From positions 13,414-77,413 of the forward strand of contig JBIJDH010000029.1 in NCBI GenBank assembly GCA_044344255.1: a DNA stretch of 64,000 nt, read 5' to 3'. The first letter of the stretch is position 1; each line of letters starts with the position of its first letter. A model generated the notes under the pieces. That model was given only the letters and a program-made list of their open reading frames with translations, was not told the origin of the DNA and made no database searches. This DNA is from Myxococcota bacterium. Lineage in GTDB: Bacteria > Myxococcota_A > UBA796 > UBA2385. The translations under genes were made by a program, and so were the position numbers. Below, piece after piece: positions 38,814-49,171 of the stretch.

Positions 38814-41388
38814 GGAGCAGGGCCAAGAGCGCCATCGACAGGCCGCCCCGCGCCGGGCTCGTCGAGCAGCCTCCCTTGCTCCCCTCCGCCCCGCCCTCCG
38901 CCGCCGGCTCCTCCGCGCCGACTGGCGCGCCGCTGTCCTCATCCTCCACCGGCTCGGCGCTGTCGGCCTCCCCGCAGTCCAGGGCGCGGCTGGCGTCGAG
39001 GTCATCGCAGTCCTCTCCGCCGTACTCCGCGGCGTCCACCCCGTCCCCGTCCTGATCATAGTCGGAGCCCTGGCAGTCGCTGTCCGCGCCGTCATACCAG
39101 ACCTCGGGCGCGCCGGGATAGACCGCGGCGTCTCCCTCATCACAGTCCAACCAGGCGAGGACCCCGTCACCGTCGGCGTCGTCGGTCCAAGTGTTCGGGC
39201 CACCCATGAGACCGATGTCGCTGCGACTGCCGTCGGGATCGACGAGGCTCGGGTCTCCGGCGTCCCGGAGGGGGCTCTCGGGCGACAGGGTGAAGGTGTC
39301 GTCGAGCGAGTTCCCGTCACCGTCATACCGAGCGAAGAGCGGGTCACCCTCCACCTTGTCGGTGTAGAGCGCCGCGGTGAGGGCCCCGCCGAGCTCCGCC
39401 GGGCTGTTCTCGTGGGTCGCGACCCAGGCGGCTTCGCTCCCCTCGGCGTCGTCCCCGACCACGGCGGCGCTGCCCCCGCTGTTGTAGGCCACCACCGAGT
39501 TGATCAGCGTGAAGGGGGCCTGCCAGGCATAGAGGGCGCTCCCCTCCACGCTCGCTCGATTGCCGATGAGGGCGGCGTTCCGAAGGGTCAGCGCGCCCCC
39601 CTCCAACAGGCAGAGCCCGGCGCCGGTGGTGGAGTCATTCTGCTGGGAGAGGATGTTCTCCGCCTGCCCCTCCAGGACACCTCGGAGATAGAGCCCCCCG
39701 CCATAGGGCGCGGTGTTCCCCCGGACCCGCAGGCGGGTGAGCGCGACCGAGCTGGCTTCGCGCAGGTGCAGCCCGCCCCCGCCCATCGCCGCCTCGTTCT
39801 CGTCGAGGTCCACGTCCACCAGCTCCAACAGGCCGAGCTCCGTCCCGGAGAAGCCCCCCCCGGCGTCTCCCGTCTGGTTGTTGGACAGGTTCGCCTCCCG
39901 GAGTGAAAAATCGCCGCCACGAACGGCGACGCCGCCGCCCCCGTAGAGGGAGGAGACATTGCCGGTCACGACGAGGTCGCGGAAGGCGGTGTTGGAGGCC
40001 TCGATGAGCAGGCCGCCACCGCCCTGGGCGGCGGCGTTTCCATCCAGGGTGAGCGTGGAGCCGCTCACCATCGTGTTGCCGAGGAGGTAGGCCGCACCAC
40101 CGCCGCCGTTGACGGCCTCGTTCTCCGTCCAGGTCTCATTCGAGAGCACAGCCAGCACGCCCACGTACGCCAGATAGAGGGCGCCGCCGCTGTAATAGGC
40201 GCGGTTCTCGGCGTACACGTTGTCCGACAGGGTGAGCGACGACATGTAGCCGATGGACAGCGCTCCCCCCGAGCCGTAGGTGGCCAGGTTCTCCTCGAAG
40301 GTGCTCCCGCGGATGACCCAACTGTCTCCGGAGTACGCATACGCGACCCCCCCGTTGTACAGGGCGGTGTTGGTCAGGAACAGGCTGTCCTCCACGCTGA
40401 GGCTGCTGACCGTCGACCCGTAGAGGACGCCGCCATAGATGGCGTAGTTCGACGTGAACTCGACCTCGTCCAGCGAAAGATCGATGTAGGAGAAGGCGCC
40501 CAGCGCCCCACCCCCATAGGCCTGATTGGACGAGAAGTCCGATCCGGAGATGACCCCGCTGCTGTAGTTATAGAACATGATCGCGCCGCCATAGCCGGCG
40601 TCGGCGGCGTTCCCGCTGAGCGAGGAGGCGCGCAAGATGAGCTCGGATGCGTAGCCCATGAAGAAGGCGCCGCCGTAGCCCCCCGTCGAGGTGTTGCCCT
40701 CCACCGTGAGCCCCTCGGCGGTCACGAGGGAGGCGCTGTCGAACCAGGCCGCGCCGCCGTGGTTGGAGGCTGTGTTGCCGACCAGCTCGGAATTCCAGAG
40801 CTCGACCACCGTGCCCGCCGTGTAGATCGAGCCCCCGTAGGTGCTGCTGCCGAGGCTGAAGCGGCTGTCCTCGATGAAGAGGCTGCCCCCGTTGCTGTAG
40901 ATGTGGGCTCCGTAGAGCGCCGCGCCGCCGGTGAAGGTGGAGCCGGTGATGAGCAGAGAGACCCCTCCGGTCGCGGCGATGGCCCCTCCCACGAGGGCGC
41001 TGTTTCCGAGGTCATCGAAGAGGCAGTCGACGAGCTCGAGGTCGGTGTTGGTCGCGAAGACACCCCGGTAGCCCGCGTTTCGGACCGTGAAGCCCTCGAG
41101 CCGCACCGTGCCGGCGCCCGTGTTCGACGACTTGAAGGCCCAGGTGCCCGCGCCCGCCGGATCGAGCTCCGTCACCGCGGCCCCGTCAACGGCGAGGATC
41201 GAGAGCGCCTTACCCTCGAGGGTCAAGGACTCCGCCCACGTCCCGGCGCCCACCTCCAGGGTGTCGCCGTCGCTCGCCGCCGCGACGGCCGCCGTCAGGG
41301 TGGCGAAGTCGCCGCTGCCGTCCTTGCGGACGGTCCAGATGCCAGCGGCGGCGTCAGAGAGGAGGGACAGCAGCAGGAGGGGCGACAT
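38776..41388 (-). CDS. Parallel beta-helix (Pmp-like GGA repeat) surface protein with putative metal-binding (MopE-like) motifs and MYXO-CTERM-like tail
   Basis: DGSGDFATL start; many N.A..GGA(I/L) repeats; DPDGSRSDIG; DCDEGDAAVYPGAPEVWYDGADSDC; tail KGGCSTS...LLALLLRRGRR. Confidence 0.85.
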   Translation of the reverse strand: MSPLLLLSLLSDAAAGIWTVRKDGSGDFATLTAAVAAASDGDTLEVGAGTWAESLTLEGKALSILAVDGAAVTELDPAGAGTWAFKSSNTGAGTVRLEGFTVRNAGYRGVFATNTDLELVDCLFDDLGNSALVGGAIAATGGVSLLITGSTFTGGAALYGAHIYSNGGSLFIEDSRFSLGSSTYGGSIYTAGTVVELWNSELVGNTASNHGGAAWFDSASLVTAEGLTVEGNTSTGGYGGAFFMGYASELILRASSLSGNAADAGYGGAIMFYNYSSGVISGSDFSSNQAYGGGALGAFSYIDLSLDEVEFTSNYAIYGGVLYGSTVSSLSVEDSLFLTNTALYNGGVAYAYSGDSWVIRGSTFEENLATYGSGGALSIGYMSSLTLSDNVYAENRAYYSGGALYLAYVGVLAVLSNETWTENEAVNGGGGAAYLLGNTMVSGSTLTLDGNAAAQGGGGLLIEASNTAFRDLVVTGNVSSLYGGGGVAVRGGDFSLREANLSNNQTGDAGGGFSGTELGLLELVDVDLDENEAAMGGGGLHLREASSVALTRLRVRGNTAPYGGGLYLRGVLEGQAENILSQQNDSTTGAGLCLLEGGALTLRNAALIGNRASVEGSALYAWQAPFTLINSVVAYNSGGSAAVVGDDAEGSEAAWVATHENSPAELGGALTAALYTDKVEGDPLFARYDGDGNSLDDTFTLSPESPLRDAGDPSLVDPDGSRSDIGLMGGPNTWTDDADGDGVLAWLDCDEGDAAVYPGAPEVWYDGADSDCQGSDYDQDGDGVDAAEYGGEDCDDLDASRALDCGEADSAEPVEDEDSGAPVGAEEPAAEGGAEGSKGGCSTSPARGGLSMALLALLLRRGRRARARPR

Positions 41389-41413
41389 CGAGGCTCCGCG
41401 GGGCAGCAGAGTA

Positions 41414-41694
41414 TCACCGTGGCGAACCCACGGACCCCTCCACCGCCGCCTCTACCGCCGCCTCCACCGCCGTCCAGAAGTGGTCCGTCCCGAGGCCAGG
41501 AACCGATAGAACGAATCGACAGCGGGGAGCTGCCCCTCGACGCGCCGCTGAGAGAGCTCCACCCGGTGGGAGCCGACGACGCGACAGACCGAGGAGAGGA
41601 CCGCGTCGCGCCCGCGCGTGAGCGAGCCCGCGAAGACGAAGTCGTAGGCTCGCTCGTCGTCGCGATAAAGGTTCTCCAATTCTCCAATCACCAC
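41414..41694 (-). pseudogene. Possible frameshifted gene remnant
   Basis: Lower-GC stretch reading VIGELENLYRDDERAYDFVF...DSFYRFL. A one-base shift continues it as GTDHFWTAVEAAVEAAVEG. Flanked by 12-bp tandem repeats. Confidence 0.3.
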
Positions 41695-41724
41695 GGTCCG
41701 TCTTCGCCAGGGCTGCCCGGCAAT

Positions 41725-41772
41725 GAACCCGGAGATGAACCCGGAGAAGAACCCGGAGAAGAACCCGGAGAA
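41725..41772. repeat. 12-bp tandem repeat GAACCCGGAGAA x4
   Basis: gaacccggagat gaacccggagaa gaacccggagaa gaacccggagaa. Confidence 0.9.
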
Positions 41773-41812
41773 GAAGGCGGGCCGATCGACTTCGCCCGAG
41801 GTGTCGCCCGAG

Positions 41813-44398
41813 TCAGAGCTCGAAGCAGTAGATGCCCGAGGACTGGCTGCAGAAGAGCCAGCCCACGTTCGTCCAGCCCGAGCCGGTCTCGTAGCTCCGC
41901 CCGGTCGTCGCGTAGAAGTGGTTCCCGTAGCAGACACCACAGCCGTTCGTCCAATTGGTGCAGAGCCCGTTGGTCGAGCTGCTGGTGCCGCGGGTGCCGT
42001 TCGTGTCCGTGCCGGTCTTCACCCACTTCGACTGGGTGGCGCCGTTCTCGTCCAGGTTGATGGCGTGGCTGATGCTACCGTCGGTGAGGTCGGCGCGCGA
42101 GGTGGCGATGACCGTGCCGTCGAGGAGCACGAAGGGGCCGAGGCCGACGCGGTCGATGGCGTTGGTGCCCGTGTCGGACATATAGGCCACCCACGCCCCG
42201 CCGAGGCCGGCGGTGTCGGCGGCGTCCTGACAGATCAGATCGGCGCCCGTGAGGCCGCTCGTGTCGCCGGAGAAGTCGCTCGCGGTGACGAAGACGCGGT
42301 CCACGCCGTCGTCGATCGTGACGCTGACGCTCGCCGGGGCGCCGTCGTCGGCGCCGTCATTCGGCGTGACCGTGCAGGTCCAGAGCTCCCGCGCCGCGGT
42401 GTCGGCGCCCGTCGCCTCGTCGTCGGGCCAGGTGACCGTGCTCGGCCCGACGTCGCCGCTGCGGGGATAGGCCGCGCCGTCCGCCGTCCAGCCCATCCGA
42501 TAGGAGACCGTGTCACCGTCCGCGTCACTGGAGGGGCTCGTGACCGAGCAGAGCACGTCCTCCCCCTCGTCAGGGTCGGGCGGGGTGAGCGCCACCGCGG
42601 GGGCGGTGGGCGGGCTGTTCTGGATGGTGAGGGAGGCGCTCCGCTGCGTGGCTCCGACCCCGTGGGCGTCGCGCGGGGTGACGTCGAGCGCGACCACATC
42701 CCCCTTCTGGGAGTAGGAGGCCCCGAGGCTCGTGCCGGTCACGCCCACCGAGATGCCGTTCACCAGCCAGTCGTACGACAGGCTGATGGCGTCGCCCTCG
42801 GGGTCGGTGGCGGTGACGGAGGCGACGAGGGTGTCGGTGGTCACCGGCGCCGAGGGGCTCAGCGAGATCGCGACGATCGAGGGCGGCGAATTGGAGATGG
42901 TGAGGCTGGCAGACAGCGGAGCGCCCGCGTCGGTGCCGTCAAAGGGGGTGGCGGTGCAGGTCACCGTGTCGCCGGTCTGGAAGGCCCCAGCGAGCGTGTC
43001 GCCCACGCCAGCCGCGGTCGAGCCCACCGTCCAGGCGTAGGTGCTCAGATCGGCGTCGCCATCCGCGTCCGCAAAGCCGCTGAGCGTGCAGCGCAGCGTG
43101 TCCGCGGCGGTGGCGGGGTCGGGCGTGATGGCCAAGGCCGCGGCGCTGGGGGCGGTGTTGCCGACCAACACCTCGGCGACGCCGGCGGCCCCTGGCCCCA
43201 CACCGTCGTTGGCCCGCACCGAGACCTGCCAGCGCTCCCCCCGCGCGGTGGCGGTGGCGGGGAGCACCCCGGTGTCGCTGGCCAGGCTGAGGGTGCCGTC
43301 GACGAGCCACTCGATGGTGTAAGCGAGGGTCTCTCCTTCGGGGTCAGTCGAAACGACGTCGAGGTTGAGGGTGAGGTCATCGCCGGTGCGCGGGCTGGCG
43401 GGGCTGATCGACACGATCGGCGCGTCCGGCGCACCGTTCACCTGGAGGGCGACGGAGTCCGTACAGACCGCGCCGCGGCTGTCGGTGACCGTGAAGGCGA
43501 GCAGGTGGTCTCCACGAGAGAGCGCGGGCGCGACCACCACGCTCCGCCCCCCGCTGTCGAGGCTGGCGGCGTCGATCACCCCGTCGAGGCTGCTCTCCCA
43601 GGTGCCCACCAGCGTCCCCGCGCTGTCCTCCCCGTCGGCCCCCTCGCCGATCAGCTCCACCGCGGCGCCCTCGCGCAAGACTGCTCCGTCGGAGGGCGCA
43701 AGGACGCCGCAGGTGGGCGCCTCATTGGGCTCCACCACGGTGATGAGCACGCTCGCGGTGTCGGTGGCGCCGGCGGAGTCGGTCACGACCACCTGCAGCG
43801 CCTGGGCCCCGAGGGGCAGGCTCACGTAGGCCTCGGCGAGGCCGTCGCTGTCCAGGGTCGACTCCACGGACAGCGCCCCGTCGAGCGTGGAGCTCCAGGC
43901 GAGGGAGAGCTCTTCGGGGGAGTCCTCCTCATCGGAGATGCGGGCCAGCAAGCGCACCGGCGCGTCGCTCGGCCACTCCGAGCCCTCCGTGGGGCCCTCG
44001 ATGGTGACGGAGGGCGGGGCGTTGGGGTCGATTGAGAGGATGCGGGAGGTCTGCCCGACCGCCCCGTCCGGGTCGCGCACCTCGAGCTCGATCTGGAACT
44101 CGGTGCGCGGCACGAGGATCGAGCACTCGGTCCCTCCAGCGGTGTCCGGCGTGCCCACGCAGGCCGGCTCGTCATCGACGAACCAGCGGGCCTCCAGATC
44201 GAGGGGCGCGTCATCGGGATCAGAGGCGCTCCCGCGCAGCACGACCGCCATCCCCTCCGGCACGGCCTCGTGCTCGGCGGGGGAGGTGATCTCGGCCTTC
44301 GGCCCAGCGTTGTGCTTGGTGAGCCCGCCGTCGCTGCAGGCGACTGCGACGCTCAACACCGCGCTGGGAAGGAGGCGCGACGGCCGCGCGGCCACCAC
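41813..44398 (-). CDS. Lipoprotein with multiple Ig-like domains and C-terminal DUF1554/endostatin-like domain
   Basis: Lipobox VAVAC; repeated N.(A/P)P...I.P and D.DGD motifs; RVFVTASDFSG..SGLTGADLICQDAA..AGLGG.W.A; ends IYCFEL. Confidence 0.82.
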   Translation of the reverse strand: MVAARPSRLLPSAVLSVAVACSDGGLTKHNAGPKAEITSPAEHEAVPEGMAVVLRGSASDPDDAPLDLEARWFVDDEPACVGTPDTAGGTECSILVPRTEFQIELEVRDPDGAVGQTSRILSIDPNAPPSVTIEGPTEGSEWPSDAPVRLLARISDEEDSPEELSLAWSSTLDGALSVESTLDSDGLAEAYVSLPLGAQALQVVVTDSAGATDTASVLITVVEPNEAPTCGVLAPSDGAVLREGAAVELIGEGADGEDSAGTLVGTWESSLDGVIDAASLDSGGRSVVVAPALSRGDHLLAFTVTDSRGAVCTDSVALQVNGAPDAPIVSISPASPRTGDDLTLNLDVVSTDPEGETLAYTIEWLVDGTLSLASDTGVLPATATARGERWQVSVRANDGVGPGAAGVAEVLVGNTAPSAAALAITPDPATAADTLRCTLSGFADADGDADLSTYAWTVGSTAAGVGDTLAGAFQTGDTVTCTATPFDGTDAGAPLSASLTISNSPPSIVAISLSPSAPVTTDTLVASVTATDPEGDAISLSYDWLVNGISVGVTGTSLGASYSQKGDVVALDVTPRDAHGVGATQRSASLTIQNSPPTAPAVALTPPDPDEGEDVLCSVTSPSSDADGDTVSYRMGWTADGAAYPRSGDVGPSTVTWPDDEATGADTAARELWTCTVTPNDGADDGAPASVSVTIDDGVDRVFVTASDFSGDTSGLTGADLICQDAADTAGLGGAWVAYMSDTGTNAIDRVGLGPFVLLDGTVIATSRADLTDGSISHAINLDENGATQSKWVKTGTDTNGTRGTSSSTNGLCTNWTNGCGVCYGNHFYATTGRSYETGSGWTNVGWLFCSQSSGIYCFEL

Positions 44399-46321
44399 TC
44401 AGATGCACCAAGCCAGCGAGAAGCTGCCGCCGCCCGAGGCCGACTTGATGAAGACCCGGTAGGTGGCGCTCGAGCCCGCGTAGCTGACCGACTCGGTGGA
44501 GGTCGAGGTGGTGCCCGAGGCGACGTCCACCCAGCTGCGGCCCGACTTCTTCTGCAGGTAGATGTCGAAGTCGGCGGAGCTCGGCCCGGCGAGGCTGAGC
44601 GTCTGGGTCACCGCGCCGACCGACTTGCCGGAGCTCGAGGGGGCGTAGGCGGTCTTGCCGGTGCGCGAGAGCGAGCCCGTGTAGGTCGTGGTGGTGCAGG
44701 TGGTCGACCCGCCGCCGCCGTAGGCCGAGCCCACGCCCACCGCGGCCCAGGCGTTCGTGACCGCCTGCACCTCGGCGCTGGTGGCCCCGTAGGTCGCGGT
44801 GGCCGCGTTGATCATCGCGGTGCGCGCGCCCGAGAAGTTGGTGCTCGACGTCATGTAGTTGGCGAGGGCGTTGTACCAGATGGCCGCCGCCTTGTCGGCG
44901 CCGATGCCCGTGACCGCCACCGTGCTCTTGCCGCGGGGGTGGGTGCCACCCTTCGCCATCAGGTAGAAGGCGAGGTTGGGGACGCCCGAGCCGTAGTGGA
45001 CGTCGACCGAGCCGATGCTCGAGCTGTAGTAGTCCTTGCTGTACCCATCGGCGGCGGGGTCCGCCATGTAGCGGAGGGCGTCCCCGGAGGTCGCCGGGGT
45101 CCAGGTGGTCTCGCCGACCAGCCAGGTGTTGCTGCTCTCGCCCGACACCGAGCGCTCGACCATCGCGCCGAAGACGTCGGAGATGGACTCGTTCAGGTGC
45201 CCGGGCTCGCCCGAGTAGGTGAGGTTGGCCTCGTACTGCGTGACGCCGTGGGTCATCTCGTGGCCGGCGATGTCGAGGGTGGTGAGCGAGCCGGAGTTGA
45301 CCCCGTCGCCGTCCCCGTAGGTCATCCCGGTGCCGTCCCAGAAGGCGTTCACATAGTTGGTCGAGTAGCTCGTGTAGGAGGACATGAAGGCGACCCCGTG
45401 AGAGGTCACGCCTGCCGGGCCACCCGCGCCGTCGATGCCGTTCCGGCCGTAAGCGGCGAGGTAGAAGTCGTAGGTGGCGGTGGCGGCGTAGTGCGCCTCG
45501 TAGGCGTTCTTGTAGGTGGCCGACGTCGCGGGGAAGGTCGAGCTCGTGCTGCTCACGTAGTAGAGGCTGGTCGTGGTGTTGTTGTAGCTGTAGGTCGCGA
45601 CCTTGCGGGTCGTGTCCTCGGTGTACCAGCTCGTCCCGTCGCTGTAGCAGCCGGTGGTCGGCGTCCCGTAGAAGTTGGTCGTGCCGGTGCAGGAGTCGGT
45701 CTGGAGGTTCTCGTAGCTCCAGACGAGCTCGCCCGTGTGGGCGTCGATGAAGCCGACCGGCATGGTGGGATCGTGGATGCCATCGATGCTGCGGAGCTGC
45801 ACACGCCAGACGAGGTGGTCTTCACCCTCGTGGCGGAGCACCCAGAGGTCGGTCTCGGGGTCGTCGGTCAGCACGTCCCAGCCGCCGAGGAGGTCACCCA
45901 CGGCGAGGTCTGCGGCCTCGTCGAGGTCGAGCTCGGGGACGCTGTCGACGCGGATCCCCGCCACGAGGTCATCGGTGACGGCGAAGGTGGAGCCGTCGTC
46001 GCGCAGGTGGACGATCGCCTCGCCGCCCCACACCGGCACGCCCTCGTGGAGCTGGCGGGCGCGGGCGTGCGCGATGCCCTCGTCGTCGGCGCGGAGGCGG
46101 GTGAAGCGGAGCTCGGTGACCCCCTTCAGGCTGGCGGCGCCGTCGGCGGCGAAGAGCACGTCGGTGGCGACGTCCTCGATGAGGGAGAGCTCGGCGTCGG
46201 TGCCGGCGGAGAAGCCTGGCGAGAACTGGGGATCGGAGGCCTCCGGGGTCTCGACCGCGCAAGCGGCGAGCAGGAGGAGAAGGGCGGAGGGGAGGGCGGC
46301 GGTCATCCGAAGACCAGGCAT
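44399..46321 (-). CDS. M4 (thermolysin-like) metalloprotease with FTP/PepSY propeptide and PPC domain
   Basis: NAFWDG, HEMTH zinc motif, GHLNESISD, DVHYGSGVPN, ADFDIYLQ (PPC); lipobox LLAAC; start uncertain (46336/46321/46306). Confidence 0.93.
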   Translation of the reverse strand: MPGLRMTAALPSALLLLLAACAVETPEASDPQFSPGFSAGTDAELSLIEDVATDVLFAADGAASLKGVTELRFTRLRADDEGIAHARARQLHEGVPVWGGEAIVHLRDDGSTFAVTDDLVAGIRVDSVPELDLDEAADLAVGDLLGGWDVLTDDPETDLWVLRHEGEDHLVWRVQLRSIDGIHDPTMPVGFIDAHTGELVWSYENLQTDSCTGTTNFYGTPTTGCYSDGTSWYTEDTTRKVATYSYNNTTTSLYYVSSTSSTFPATSATYKNAYEAHYAATATYDFYLAAYGRNGIDGAGGPAGVTSHGVAFMSSYTSYSTNYVNAFWDGTGMTYGDGDGVNSGSLTTLDIAGHEMTHGVTQYEANLTYSGEPGHLNESISDVFGAMVERSVSGESSNTWLVGETTWTPATSGDALRYMADPAADGYSKDYYSSSIGSVDVHYGSGVPNLAFYLMAKGGTHPRGKSTVAVTGIGADKAAAIWYNALANYMTSSTNFSGARTAMINAATATYGATSAEVQAVTNAWAAVGVGSAYGGGGSTTCTTTTYTGSLSRTGKTAYAPSSSGKSVGAVTQTLSLAGPSSADFDIYLQKKSGRSWVDVASGTTSTSTESVSYAGSSATYRVFIKSASGGGSFSLAWCI

Positions 46322-46559
46322 CAGCGATCTCCTCAAGAGGGGGCAGGCGAAGTCACATGTATGTCACCCACTTTGGGCCGGCGGTCCAGCCCTTGTCAGA
46401 ACCCGTACAGGTCCACGCCAGATCGACCTCAACCCACCCGGCTCCGCGATCGTGCTCCACGGGGTCGCAGGCGCCCGAGGCCGGGGCCGACGCCGCAGGC
46501 TACGGGCCCGAGGGAGCTCCCTCCGCAGCGCCCGACACCTCCTCTCCCCGGGGCCAGCC

Positions 46560-47813
46560 TTGCTCCCTCGCTTCTTGCTCCGCCAGCTCAGCTACGATCT
46601 GGACACGAACCTGCTGTTCCGTCCCGCGATCCTGCTGGTCGCGCTGCTCCTCGCCGGCGTGCTGCTGCCCTCGGCGGAGCTCGCGCTCAGCGCCCGGCTC
46701 CCCGGCGTCGCCCTCCTCTCGGACCTCCTCGCTCCCAACGCCGCGACCTCCCAGCTCGTGCTCGCGACCGTGGCCGGCGCGATGATGTCGGTGGTCTCGG
46801 TGGTCTACTCGATCCTGCTCGTGGCGCTGTCCCTCGCCTCGATGCAGTTCTCCACACGGATCCTCGCCGGCTTCATGCGCGACCCGCTCAGCCGGAGCGT
46901 GCTCGGGCTCTTCGTGGGCACCTTCGCCTACTGCCTCGCCCTCCTCACCCGCATCCACGACGGTCCGGGCGGCGTCCCCGGCCTCTCGGTGGCCGGGGCG
47001 ATGCTGCTGGCCTTCACCGCGCTCGGCGCCCTGGTGCTGTTCATCCACCACATCGTCCGCTCGATCCAGGCCAACGTGCTGATCGACCGCATCGCGCGGG
47101 AGACGGAGGTGGTGCTCGACGCGGTCTTTCCCCCGAGCGCCGCCCTCGCGCCGGCCTTCACCGAGGCCCCCCTGCCCGTCACCGTGCGCTCTGGGCGGAG
47201 CGGCTACGTCCAGCTCGTCGACAGTGAGGGCCTGCTCCGGGCGGCGCCAGGCGCCAACCTACAACTACTTAGAGGAAACGGTGCCTTCGTCGCGGAGGGG
47301 GTCGCGCTGCTGCGCGCCGATCGACCGGTAGACGCGGCGCGCCTGCTCGCCTGCATCGACATCGGTCCCGAGCGGACGATGCAGGACGACGCCGAATTCG
47401 GCCTCCGACAGATCGTCGACATCGCGCTCAAGGCCCTCTCCCCCGCGGTCAACGACCCCTCCACCGCCGCCACCTGCGTCGATCACCTCGGCCGCCTGCT
47501 CATCCGCGTGGCCGGCCGCCCGATGGGAGCGCAGGTGTGCCAGGGCGGCGGCGGGGCCTTGCTCATCCCTTGCCCGCGCTTCGAGGACCTCCTGGACCTC
47601 TCGGTCGAGCAGATCCGCCAGTACGGCAAGGGCGACATGGCGACCGCCCTCCGCTTGATGCGGGTCCTCGGTGAGCTCTGGCACACCGTGCCGGAGGGCG
47701 ACCGGCGGGATCGCATCCGCATGCACGCCGAGCGGGTGCGGGAGGCCGCCCAGGCCAATTTTTGCGCGGGCGACAACGTCGAGCTCGATCGGCGCTTCGC
47801 CGCGCTCTGCTGA
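46560..47813 (+). CDS. DUF2254 family membrane protein
   Basis: LSLASMQFSTRIL, LGLFVGTFAYCL, FIHHI, ERTMQDD.EFGLRQIVDIALKALSPAVNDPSTA; TTG start inferred. Confidence 0.88.
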   Translation: MLPRFLLRQLSYDLDTNLLFRPAILLVALLLAGVLLPSAELALSARLPGVALLSDLLAPNAATSQLVLATVAGAMMSVVSVVYSILLVALSLASMQFSTRILAGFMRDPLSRSVLGLFVGTFAYCLALLTRIHDGPGGVPGLSVAGAMLLAFTALGALVLFIHHIVRSIQANVLIDRIARETEVVLDAVFPPSAALAPAFTEAPLPVTVRSGRSGYVQLVDSEGLLRAAPGANLQLLRGNGAFVAEGVALLRADRPVDAARLLACIDIGPERTMQDDAEFGLRQIVDIALKALSPAVNDPSTAATCVDHLGRLLIRVAGRPMGAQVCQGGGGALLIPCPRFEDLLDLSVEQIRQYGKGDMATALRLMRVLGELWHTVPEGDRRDRIRMHAERVREAAQANFCAGDNVELDRRFAALC

Positions 47814-47861
47814 GCGAAGACTCTGCTGAGGGACGAGTCTGCTGAGGGACGAGTCTGCTGA
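47806..47861. repeat. 16-bp tandem repeat TCTGCTGAGGGACGAG, about 3.5 copies, starting at the DUF2254 stop
   Basis: Units begin at 47806, 47822, 47838 and 47854. Confidence 0.85.
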
Positions 47862-47980
47862 CCGGCGGTACCGAGACGCACGTCATCTTAGACTCTGCTT
47901 AACTCGTTATCGAAGGTGTCCCGCGGCACTACAGGACGCGCGGGGCGGAGGATAGAGAGTGAACCCCGCTCGAGGTAGAC

Positions 47981-49042
47981 ATGACCGCCGCGCTGATCCT
48001 CCTGTCCCTCTTCGCCTGCTCTGACCCTCCGGCCCCACCGCCGCCGCCCGCCGCGCCCCCCAAGCCCGCGGTGGTCACCGTCGATCCCGGGCTGCTCAAG
48101 GCCTTCGGCAGCCCCACGAGCCCGATGCTGGCCGCGGGCGCCGCCGCGCCCACCGGGGCCCAGGTCGACCTCGGGCGCATCCTCTACTACGAGAAGCGCC
48201 TCTCCAAGAACCACGACGTCTCCTGCAACACCTGCCACCTGCTCGACAAGTACGGCGTCGACGGCACCCCCACCAGCACCGGTCACAAGGCGCAGAAGGG
48301 CGGCCGCAACGCGCCCACCGTGTACAATGCGGCCGGCCACATCGCGCAGTTCTGGGACGGTCGCGCCGCCGACGTCGAGGCGCAGGCCAAGGGCCCCGTC
48401 CTCAACCCCATCGAGATGGCGATGGCCGACGAGAAGTCCGTGGTGGCCGTGCTCGAGACCATCCCCGAGTACACGCCCCTCTTCCAGGCCGCCTTCCCCG
48501 GCGAGGAGAAGCCGGTCACCTACGACAACATGGCCAAGGCCATCGGCGCCTTCGAGCGCGGCCTCGTCACCCCCAGCCCCTTTGACCGCCTGCTCGCCGG
48601 CGATCAGACCGCCCTCACCGACGCCCAGAAGGCGGGCCTCACCACCTTCGTGCAGTCGGGCTGCACCACCTGCCACACCGGCCCCTTGCTCGGCGGCGGC
48701 ATGTACCAGAAGCTCGGCCTCGTCACGCCCTGGCCGAACCCGAGCGACGCCGGGCGCTTCGACGTGACCAAGAACGAGGCCGACAAGCAGCTCTTCAAGG
48801 TGCCGAGCCTGCGAAACATCGAGGAGACGGGGCCCTACTTCCACGACGGCTCGGTGGCCACCCTCGACGAGGCCATCCGGCTGATGGGCCACCACCAGCT
48901 CGGCCGCGAGCTCAGCCCGGAGCAGGTGGGGAGCATCCAGACCTTCCTCGGCAGCCTCACCGGCGAGCTGCCCACGGCCTACATCGCCGAGCCGCCCGCC
49001 CTCGCCTCGGGCCCGAAGACCCCGAAGCCCGACCCGAGCTGA
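47981..49042 (+). CDS. Diheme cytochrome c peroxidase (CcpA/MauG family) lipoprotein
   Basis: CNTCH and [41 protein letters not shown]. Confidence 0.94.
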   Translation: MTAALILLSLFACSDPPAPPPPPAAPPKPAVVTVDPGLLKAFGSPTSPMLAAGAAAPTGAQVDLGRILYYEKRLSKNHDVSCNTCHLLDKYGVDGTPTSTGHKAQKGGRNAPTVYNAAGHIAQFWDGRAADVEAQAKGPVLNPIEMAMADEKSVVAVLETIPEYTPLFQAAFPGEEKPVTYDNMAKAIGAFERGLVTPSPFDRLLAGDQTALTDAQKAGLTTFVQSGCTTCHTGPLLGGGMYQKLGLVTPWPNPSDAGRFDVTKNEADKQLFKVPSLRNIEETGPYFHDGSVATLDEAIRLMGHHQLGRELSPEQVGSIQTFLGSLTGELPTAYIAEPPALASGPKTPKPDPS

Positions 49043-49171
49043 GCTGAGCTGGGCCTTCGCGGTCGGCCCCACGGAGGCCGCCGCCTGTGGCAGGATGTCG
49101 CCCCCCGCGGGCGGACCGTCGCCGCGCCCACCGGCGCGGCGGCCGCCCGTCCGCCCCCTCGAGGAGCCCCC

